Shown: piece by piece, positions 55,551-64,000 of the stretch
How the letters are laid out: the number at the start of each line of letters is the position of its first letter
Position numbering within the stretch: position 1 is the first letter of the stretch
NCBI GenBank assembly: GCA_946965045.2
Contig: OX337241.1
Coordinates: 1,116,001 to 1,180,000, forward strand
DNA length: 64,000 bases
Direction: 5' to 3'
From: Epithemia pelagica
Lineage: Eukaryota; Protista; Bacillariophyta
Program-made: the position numbers and the translations under genes
Notes under the pieces: generated by a model
Told to the model about the DNA's origin: nothing
The model's database searches: none
The model's input: only the letters and a program-made list of their open reading frames with translations

Positions 55551-58500
55551 ATGGAAATGAGCGATAAGAGCTCAGTGTTTTGGAACATCGCAACGTCCAA
55601 TACGCTTTGTATCGTCTTGTTGCTCTGTTGCTCTGTTTGCTCTGTCTTCTTCTTCTTTGCTTCCACCATGACTCTCTCGTTCACTCTCAATCCTTCTACC
55701 GAAGCTCTCGTCGATCCCAAGAGGCTTCCTCCTTCCTTCTCAATTTCAAACTCTGGATTGTACCACTCACCAGATTCAACGTGGCAGACACGTTTCCCAA
55801 CTCAACTAGATTCTCCGTACTGGAATCGTTCTCCGACTGCCACCAATCCTGTAGAGATTCTTTCGTCGAACGCGAAGCTACAGCTTCTACAAAACATCTT
55901 GAAGAAGCTTCAGTACAATGATGAAGACCCTACGGGTTCTCCGTTGGTTCCAGCTACTACGAAGTACGAGCTAGCCCCTTCCCTACCAATTGCAGGTTTT
56001 CTCGCAATTGTTCATTTAGATGCAAACGATGCCTCCAAGACACCCTCTACTACTCCGAAATTAGATGGCCCATATTTGGTGGTTTTAGGCCCCACAGCAT
56101 CTTCTGCCTTTGGCAAACCTTCCACTCCTCAGGACTTTACAGCCCTACCCACCACTCTGAACAACGGACATTTCTCATTCCCATCGTCCAACATTGCCCC
56201 AGCCTTTGGTCTAATTTCTGGACAAGTTCCACCCACTATTTCATCGTTCCAACCCGTTCATTGGGTCGATGATGCCCAGTCTTCTATCATGACAACTTTC
56301 CGCTCTCATCAAGCCTTGTTCTCTACGGTGATCGCCCATTCGCACACCGATTTTGACCATACTCTCCATTCTGAGTGGTCTCCCTTCTGGATCCCGGTCT
56401 CTCCTCGACCCTCTGCGCAATCCGACACTCCTGTCGCATCTTCTGTTGCGCCCTACGATCCCGTTGCTTCCAATGAGGACAACGTCCATAACCCTCTCCT
56501 GCATTCCAAGCTCAATGAAGCTCAGGAAGGTGTTCTATCCGTCGGCCCCTTCCCCTCCGACAACGACCCAACTCCTTCCACCGTTGGATCTTGGGTTCTG
56601 CTTTTGGCGCATCCCCTTCCTCCAAATCATGCCGTCCCAATGGGACTATTTCTCAATGCCACCAAGTTGGACACTCCCGTTGATTTTATCAACACTATCT
56701 TGGGGTGGTTTCAATCCCAAGTTCTTCCCAATACCCCCAATACCAGCGCGCGTTCTCAACCCACTGCTGACGAGCGCCTTCAGGCGCTTGCCAAGGCGCT
56801 TTCCTGGCTCAACAATCCCTATACATCCATGTGGTTTTCGGTAATCCGTTACCACGCTGACCAACTGGCGTGTACGTGGCATTCTACCACAAGCATCATC
56901 CCTGATTTTGCCCAAATGACTGCTTTGCCAGCCCACTTCCTACGAAGCACTTGTCATCCATCCAAAGTTCGTCTTGGCTGCCCATGCCTTTTATGACCTA
57001 CTATCCACCCCTCCTCTGTCTCCCACCATGATAGCCAAATTCCGTTCTTTCTTCTGGAAAGGCCTCTCAACTCTACGGTCCCAACATTCTAATCTGCAAC
57101 ACTTTCCGGACGAGGTTCTCTTTCCTTATCTTCCGTTTCTCCTTTGGCCCCAAGTTGCCTCGTGGAAAAACAACTACAATTTCATCTACTTTCAAGACAA
57201 AACTCTACTGCAACAGTTACCCGGTGTCATTCGGTCCTTGAGCCCTTTCCATATGACCTCGGTTCCCTCTCCGCCAAACCCACCGGTGAACATGTTGGAA
57301 ACTCCACCTCGGCCGCCCCATTTGGGTTTTCGCACAACTCACACATTGGATTGCGCGCCCCCCCCCCCCCGACGACCACAACCGTTCCACCTCCTGTACC
57401 CCCCGTTGCACCCATGGTGGACAATCAACCCAATGAGGACCCCCACGTGATCGATCTCACTCAGCCATCTGCATCCGAGTACACGTACCAGCCACCCATT
57501 CAATCCCCAGATGCTTTCAACCCTCTTGCCGTCCAGCGACGGCCCTAGGACACTCAACAAGTCGTTGCAGAGGAGTCTCCCTGGGGTCTGGCTATTGATA
57601 ATCCGTTGTTCTTTACGAGTACTTGGACCCGTCTATTCCATTCGGTAATCCCTCCGTCGTCGTATGTCCCAACCCTTTCTCCTTTTGTCTCCCTGGAAAA
57701 AGGCCAATTTTCATTTGACAGATTTTTTCATCAAGACACCGAGTCCCTTCCCCCCTTTCTGGTTCCCTGGTGTTTTCTTGGCATGGTCGTTCTACCCACG
57801 TCCCAACAGCTGTTTGATCCCACTCAAAACCCACACCAGCAGCGTCCTCCTTATGCGGCAGCCCTCCTCCATACCCCCAGCCTAATCAATAACAACTGGC
57901 TGAGACAGGTGCTCCCTCATTCCTCCTCAGACACCCGTTCATCACATGCGGAATATTCAGCCGTCGATCTTCTGGACGTCGCGCTCGAAGCTTCAACCCA
58001 TGCTACTGCCCCGTTCCAAGTCTCTCTGTCTCCCTCGTTCATGCACGCGGACCCTGTCCGCAAGGCAATTCGAACATTTTGGATAAGCGCTGGTCTCACT
58101 CTCCATTCCGAAGACCCACGCTCTCTCCAGGCTGCGCTGACGCCCTGGCATTTCTTATGGTCTCTCTCTCTCTCACCAGAGGGCCGTTTTCCTGCCACGG
58201 GCCTCACCTGTGGACAGTCCGCAGCCCTGCTCCGGAACCTTGTTTTCTATTTAAACTGCATCTTGACCAATGATGATGCATTTCCGAACTTCCCGCCGGG
58301 TTTCTCGCCGGTCCTCCTTCGAGGACCCGTCGCCGGTAACCTTCTATGGGCCGTGGCCCAATTGGAGAATCCAGCCACATCGTCAGCTTGGACAACCTTA
58401 GCCTCCTCCGATCCCTCCTTTGCTCTCTCTCTCTCGGTGGCGATCCTTTTTTCGGTCTGCGAATTGTTCCAGCAATTCTTCCGCTGGGGTTCACAAAACC

Positions 58501-59138
58501 GCTCTCAAATCTGTTGTCCTGCTACCGCAGACGCCCATGGTTTTACCACGCAATGCGCAGCCATCTACGACATCACGTCGTTAGGCGCGGAAACAAATCA
58601 ACAATATCGTGTCAAGTGGCGAGCAAACTTCTCCCTGTTGTTTACTCATCCCACCATCATCACACACAAGGTCACCAATTCATTGTCCCCTGTCATGCGG
58701 CGCGTTCCCCCCACCTATCTTCTCCCGGTTTCTCACTCGCCCGACAAGGCCGCCTCTCGGCGTCGTCCGGCTGATCCCTCCAGCCGTGATCAAGCAAAAA
58801 ACCCACGTCCGACGACTCCCTCTCCGTTGCTGCGTACTCCTTCTATCGAAGGCAAAAAAGCCATTGTTCCCCTTTTACATCTCTCGACCGAAGGTCGCGC
58901 CAAGTATGCACATCCAGGTAAGCTATTCGTTGAGTCCAAAGTCCCTGTCCCTCGTTGGGACAACAAACAATTTTGCTTTATGTTTACCGATAAATACTGC
59001 ACAACCGGTTGTACCGGTCAATCTCGACAACGTCGCACCGGTCCGTGCAACCGTCATCATGTGTGTCTTTCCTCCCAAGCGGCCTCTGAATGGTCCCAAG
59101 CCAGCCTTCGTCCTTTATGGGTTTTTTTGCCACCATGA
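55551..59138 (+). pseudogene. Long gag-like ORF1, disrupted
   Basis: Pieces can be joined across a CATC duplication (~56955), a poly-C run (~57357-57370) and an in-frame TAG (57546-57548). It ends in a CCCH-like motif CFMF..C..C..CNRHHVC. Confidence 0.6.
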
Positions 59139-59349
59139 AAAAATTCGGCCATATCTTTCGGTCACGACAGAATTTCAAGCCTTCATGGGCACAACCACTC
59201 CTGCGCCACCACCGGCCCAAGCCAACCCTCCGTCTGCGAGCACCTGACCCGAACATCCTTGGATCCCTTCCACCACTCGGGATCTTCGTCTTTCGCTCCC
59301 AGATACGGACGTCTCCCTCCCCACCATTCCAACAGCTTTCCCTCCTCCA

Positions 59350-62136
59350 TTGGCCACGTGTACCCCGTCCTCCCGAGATCTCCTCCTCAATACCTTCAAC
59401 AAATCTGACGTTGAAAACCCTCGTCTGGTTTGCTTTTTGGTGATGTTGGATCCTTTCCTAGACGATGCCGATCGGTCCGCGCTCCAAGCCCTCGGACTCT
59501 CTTCCCAATGGGGCCCCATGCTGCTCTATCCTCTCTGGCCGTTGACCTTTCATCGTCGGAAATGGGGGTTTGCCCCTGACTCCTCGGCGGTGTCTTCCAT
59601 TCACGATTTTTCTCCGACGAATCCCTCGCCCCGCGACATCCTCTCCCCGGAACAGTTAGGACATTTTGCATGGGATTTCCTGGCGCCCGTCGATCAACAG
59701 GCGCTCGTCCAGTCGTCCATCTCTTTCCAATTTTACTACCGCCTTCGTCTGGCAGCAGCGCGTGGACATCCACTTCACCTCTGCCGAGAACCGCCACACG
59801 TCGACGCTTCCCTGCCCCTTCCCTATCGAAAAGCCTTCAGTTCCGCTGTCGCGCTCTGCAAAGCCAATTTCGTGTACGCAGATTTCTTCCGATGGCTTGG
59901 TGGCAGATACAACAACAAGCACCGAAATTTGGATGACGCTTTCAACATTATTGATCGCGTCCGGGCCTACGACCCACCCCCCAACTATCCTCCACTTGAC
60001 ATTGAGCGCACGTGGCGCCTCTTCCACCATGGGGCACCGCTTTCCGGACACTATTCTTGCAGCCGTTCGGCAGTGGCGGCTAGAAACTTCTTCGACAATC
60101 ATGACGGCGTCCAATCGAATTTAGCCGAGATTATTAAGAAGTATAAAAAAGAAGAACAGTTGCAGTATCATCTTTTTCTGCCTCGTCTTCTGTGGCGTTT
60201 TCTCCCTGGTTTGTTCTTGGCACTCATAAACTGGGTGGCCCCCAAGCCACACCGTTTGGGAGACACGGGTCGACTATGTATCGACCCATCGTCCACCATT
60301 TCCTTCCAAGACGACAGCAATACCAACTCCCAGATTCCCAATGCCGGCGACGATGAGGACGCCAATCCAGCTGTCCACTACGGGACGGCCTTTATGCGGT
60401 TTCTCACCTACATCTACAATTTGAGACTGGACCACCCCCACGAAGATATCCTACTATCGGCCGACGATATCAGTGCTGCGTTTAGACGAATTACCTACAA
60501 CCCGCATGCCGCTGTTGCCTTTGCCTCCGTGTTGGGTTGGTTCCTCATCATACCTGTCGGTATGATATTTGGAGCCAAAAACAGTCCCTCGTACTATATG
60601 AAGCCCGGCGAATTACGGGCCCACCTTGCTCGGTATCTCCCTTCCTTGTTGACGCCGGTCACTTCGTTGAGCAACACCATTGTCCTCCCGCCCCCTCCAT
60701 CTGTCGACATCGTCCGCTCCTTTTCCCCGGCCACTCCAGACCTGCTGAATCAGGGCACGGCCACCCTCTTAGCCGTCTCTCCTTCAACACCACTCTCTCG
60801 GCATGCCCCCGTGTATGCACCGTTCGTGGATGACACCGGCGGCGCGGCGATTCGCCGCAACATTCAACAACTTGTCAGTAGCAGCGTCCTTGCTGCCTAC
60901 GTCACATTTGGATTCCCTGACGAGGACATCGGCCGTCCCGAGGCGATTAATCCGGCGAAATTCGTTCGGGAAATCTTCCACAAACTCAAATTTCTCGGTT
61001 TTATAATCAATACACGAGATTTGACCGTCAGTTGGCCCGACCATAAAAAAGAACAACTCCATCTGTACTTGACCCATTTGTGGTCCAGTCCTCCTCCTAC
61101 TGCTGGCGGGCGACGCCTTTCCCCCCAAGCTGCGGCCACCATTCTTGGCCTAGTCCATCATAGCGCTCCTGTATCAGTTTTTGGAGTGTATGCGGCTCTT
61201 GGCCTGCAATTCGCTTTGAATGACGCTATTCGCGGTGCCAAACTCCGAAATCAAAGTTCTGCTTCCTCGTTCTTCTGGATTAAAACCCGATTCAGTATAT
61301 CTCGCGAAGTTTTGCACGATTTGGACCTCCTGCGGCAGGCTTGTCGGCCCCACGCCCCTTCTTGTGTGTGGACTCGGCCCCTCGGCCTGATTATTCCCCG
61401 GTCGTCTCAGTTCACCGTTCTCGGTGACGCTTCTATCGAGAGCCTTGGGGGGTGGCTAAGCCATGATCGGTTCCCGTTCATGTGGCGGTTGACAAAACGG
61501 GATCTGGAATGTCTGGGTTTCATCATCCCACGGAACATGCAAGTCACCAAACATACCGCCGACACGGACGACCCCAATGCCCCCTGGCATATCAATCTCT
61601 TAGAGTTTGTTGTCCTCATTATTGATTTTTGGGTTGTGGTTGCTTTGGCATCGCGCCTCAAACCCCGTCCCCATGAGCTCGTATTTACCCTTCGAACGGA
61701 CAACACGTCCGCCCTTTCGTGGTTGACACATGCTGCGAGAAGTAAACGGCCATCAGTTCGTCGGCTTGCACGCTTGTTCCAGGCCCTTCTAACCACTTCC
61801 CCTCTGCCGGTCCAATTACAGGCATCCCATATACCGGGAGAAGACAATCACAACGCCGACCTGTTGTCAAGACCCACGAAAGCCCCTACGTGGGAATCCG
61901 TTATCGGTCTGTCTATGCCTCGCTTGGACCCACGTCAAGCTTACCGGCTCCCGCGGAAACTGCTCTCCGTGATCTTATTGGTTTTCAAACACAACACGAC
62001 TGCGGACGCACTCGCAACCGCAACGACCAGGCTGTGGACTCTCGCGCCGGTCACTTTCAACGTTGGTCTATCAAGTATGGATATGATACCGAACTTTTCC
62101 GGCGACTCAGTGACGGCGAGCGTCTCAACACCCTAG
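59350..62136 (+). CDS. Reverse transcriptase-RNase H (DIRS/Ngaro type)
   Basis: RLCIDPS, DDISAAFRR, MIFGAKNSP, FVDD, FLGF. RNase H: DAS, HINLLE, TDN, HIPGEDNHNADLLSR. The frame extends upstream past a TGA at 59245. Confidence 0.92.
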   Translation: MATCTPSSRDLLLNTFNKSDVENPRLVCFLVMLDPFLDDADRSALQALGLSSQWGPMLLYPLWPLTFHRRKWGFAPDSSAVSSIHDFSPTNPSPRDILSPEQLGHFAWDFLAPVDQQALVQSSISFQFYYRLRLAAARGHPLHLCREPPHVDASLPLPYRKAFSSAVALCKANFVYADFFRWLGGRYNNKHRNLDDAFNIIDRVRAYDPPPNYPPLDIERTWRLFHHGAPLSGHYSCSRSAVAARNFFDNHDGVQSNLAEIIKKYKKEEQLQYHLFLPRLLWRFLPGLFLALINWVAPKPHRLGDTGRLCIDPSSTISFQDDSNTNSQIPNAGDDEDANPAVHYGTAFMRFLTYIYNLRLDHPHEDILLSADDISAAFRRITYNPHAAVAFASVLGWFLIIPVGMIFGAKNSPSYYMKPGELRAHLARYLPSLLTPVTSLSNTIVLPPPPSVDIVRSFSPATPDLLNQGTATLLAVSPSTPLSRHAPVYAPFVDDTGGAAIRRNIQQLVSSSVLAAYVTFGFPDEDIGRPEAINPAKFVREIFHKLKFLGFIINTRDLTVSWPDHKKEQLHLYLTHLWSSPPPTAGGRRLSPQAAATILGLVHHSAPVSVFGVYAALGLQFALNDAIRGAKLRNQSSASSFFWIKTRFSISREVLHDLDLLRQACRPHAPSCVWTRPLGLIIPRSSQFTVLGDASIESLGGWLSHDRFPFMWRLTKRDLECLGFIIPRNMQVTKHTADTDDPNAPWHINLLEFVVLIIDFWVVVALASRLKPRPHELVFTLRTDNTSALSWLTHAARSKRPSVRRLARLFQALLTTSPLPVQLQASHIPGEDNHNADLLSRPTKAPTWESVIGLSMPRLDPRQAYRLPRKLLSVILLVFKHNTTADALATATTRLWTLAPVTFNVGLSSMDMIPNFSGDSVTASVSTP

Positions 62137-63155
62137 CTCTGTTCCTCCATGACGTTGCCAATGGCCACAATCTGGTTACTACCGACACCCTCACTCCTTC
62201 CACCCTCACCAATTATCTGGTGGCCGCCAAACATTACCTACAGTTGGTACGCGGCTGTTTCTTGCAGACTCATTGTCCCGAAAACCCCAACAATCTCCAC
62301 CCGGTCTTGGCGCACCAACTGGCATTTCGACGCAAGTGGTTTCGTCCTAGCGACCGCCGAGAACCCATCACACATGACATGTTTGCCAACTTGGCCACTC
62401 GCGTCCACCTTCTGCTGGACGCGTCCCCGGCCTCTCACATATTGTTTCTCCCAACCGTATACGATTGGCTCTGTTTGGGCATTTTCACTGGATCCCGTGC
62501 AGGCGAATATGCCCAGACCAATGGCTTGAAGCACCAGTACTCTCCAGTCCCCCATTGTCCCAACGATCCTTCCTGGGTTGGCAAGCCCATAGCGTTTGTT
62601 GCCTCTGATTTCACTTTCCTCACGGCGCAGAACCAAGAAATCACGGCCGCACGAGCACCGGCTCATCTTTCCTTGGTCGCCGTCCGCATTCGCTTCAGAC
62701 ATGACAAAAGCAAACGGAATTTTACCACGCGCACCTTTCAACGGGCGCAACACCCTTTTCTGTGTCCCCTGCAAGCCACACTTCGCATCCTTATCAGGGC
62801 CCAAACACTTCATCTGCCCCCTTCGGAGCCTCTGGCCTGCTACAAGGAGACCTTGTCCTCGCCGACACCTGTGTACCTCACCTCGGCCGTTATTGTTGCC
62901 GAACTTCGCAAAACCTGTGTGTTAGCGTACCCCGATCCTTCTCATTATCACCGGCGCCACATCAAATGCTTAGTCGCTCACTCTACGCGAGTTACAGCGG
63001 CCGTTGCTCTTTGGAACTGCGGCGTTCCGCCTGAAACCATCGCGTTCCGCTTGCGATGGACGCAACAGTCCTCGGTGGAGCATTACTTACGCGACTGTTC
63101 TAAGGCTATTGGACCTCTTACCACCAAGGCCATCATGGGGGTTATGTCTATTTAA
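61890..63155 (+). CDS. Tyrosine recombinase
   Basis: GSRAGEY (R), RHDKS (K), CP, HSTR (HxxR), RW, EHY (Y). Overlaps the RNase H end by 247 nt. Confidence 0.92.
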   Translation: MGIRYRSVYASLGPTSSLPAPAETALRDLIGFQTQHDCGRTRNRNDQAVDSRAGHFQRWSIKYGYDTELFRRLSDGERLNTLALFLHDVANGHNLVTTDTLTPSTLTNYLVAAKHYLQLVRGCFLQTHCPENPNNLHPVLAHQLAFRRKWFRPSDRREPITHDMFANLATRVHLLLDASPASHILFLPTVYDWLCLGIFTGSRAGEYAQTNGLKHQYSPVPHCPNDPSWVGKPIAFVASDFTFLTAQNQEITAARAPAHLSLVAVRIRFRHDKSKRNFTTRTFQRAQHPFLCPLQATLRILIRAQTLHLPPSEPLACYKETLSSPTPVYLTSAVIVAELRKTCVLAYPDPSHYHRRHIKCLVAHSTRVTAAVALWNCGVPPETIAFRLRWTQQSSVEHYLRDCSKAIGPLTTKAIMGVMSI

Positions 63156-63592
63156 CGTAAACAAATCTTTCTCGTCATACGTTTCTCTTCCACGGCGACA
63201 CCCCCTTGGGTTCCACGTCCACTGTTATGGGATCTCCACTCCTTGTTCTGTTCGTTGTGTTTAATCCAAAACTTGTCCACGCTTTGTTGGAAGGTCTTCA
63301 GAGACCTGTTTTCCAAAAACGGTTCTTTCTTTTATATACACTGTCTGTTGCAGTGCACTATGTCCATATCTGGATTACTTAAAATTCTCATACACTGACA
63401 CTATCATTCAACGACGACAACTAACATTATCATGCAACAACGACAACTGACAGTACGTTTATTATTACATACAACTACTTACAAGTCACTTACTTGGAAA
63501 TGACGTTTACATTCTAAGGAATCTTGTCTGGACATCAACCGACATTGAATCTTGGAAATGAGTTAAGAACACTGTCGACGTACAGACACTAC

Positions 63593-63819
63593 GTGACTAA
63601 TACTTAAGCCTACCGTCACATTCCGTCAGTACGTTGTACGGGTCTCAATCTACCGATGGGTCGCAGATATGGACGACGGACAGTCAAGAGGTGACTACTA
63701 TTTAAGCCTTCCGTCGCATAGCGTCCGTACGTTGCACGGTTCTAAATCTCAACAACGAGTCGCATATAAGGAGGACGGACAGTCGCGATGTGACCAATAC
63801 TTAAGCCTTTTGTCACATC
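63593..63819. repeat. Diverged 98-99-bp tandem repeat, ~2.3 copies
   Basis: Units start at 63593, 63691 and 63790 with GTGAC(T/C)A..TA(C/T)TTAAGCCT; units 1 and 2 share GTACGTTG and GACGGACAGTC. Confidence 0.85.
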
Positions 63820-64000
63820 CAGTCTGTATGTCACCCGTCATGAGTTTTTCTGATTTAGCAGCTCGTTGGCAAACTCAACTCGAGTCCTGTCCGTCGAGCG
63901 TCCGCTGCTTTTCTTCCACCAGCGTCTCCAAATCGCGATATTCTGCGGATACAACCGATACGAGATGCGCCGTTTGTTCAGTCAGCGATCCTCAGTTGAT

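Larger units (their letters stand above)
55431..63155 (+). mobile_element. Tyrosine-recombinase retrotransposon (Ngaro/DIRS-like); exact ends not resolved
   Basis: Order is gag-like ORF1, RT-RNaseH, then an overlapping YR ORF; strongly C/T-rich coding strand. Confidence 0.88.

Noticed and set aside
44264-57370. Programmed frameshifts at the G11 (44264-44274) and poly-C (~57357-57370) runs
   Set aside because: Long homopolymers are more simply explained by slippage mutation or long-read error; needs read-level checking.
59111-59138. -1 ribosomal slippery site between ORF1 and RT of the YR element
   Set aside because: The RT frame is +1 relative to ORF1; a -1 shift leads to a short closed frame.
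63593-63819. CRISPR-like array
   Set aside because: Units are similar along their whole length rather than repeat plus unique spacer, there are only 2.3 copies, there are no cas genes, and the context is eukaryotic.

Overview
Eukaryotic nuclear DNA, most likely a pennate diatom or close relative. This rests on short GT-AG introns, bipartite signal+(A)F plastid presequences and diatom-type PPR proteins. All calls come from reading motifs by eye; no searches were run. (1) 0.3-20 kb is an intron-poor block: a sulfotransferase; a class I terpene-synthase-like ORF whose two halves are in reversed order (NSE and WxxxxxRY come before DDxxE); an AAA_28-type P-loop kinase; an RdRP fused to a Upf1-like helicase; an aromatase(CYP19)-like P450 fused to a paralogous AAA_28 domain; a Cys-less FGE; an SDR; and a vWA-RBR E3 ligase. 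The terpene synthase/P450/kinase group is the best candidate for an undescribed system. (2) 20-34 kb is mostly housekeeping: ABC1-like, PPR, membrane protein, organellar CysRS, MetAP1. (3) 33.1-54 kb is a three-copy tandem array of an ~5 kb unit carrying a nuclease-like+kinase gene (one intact copy, two broken), with a CRE-like non-LTR retrotransposon (11-bp TSD) in copy 2; the intact SOUL gene follows. (4) From 55.4 kb to near the end lies a tyrosine-recombinase (Ngaro/DIRS-like) retrotransposon.
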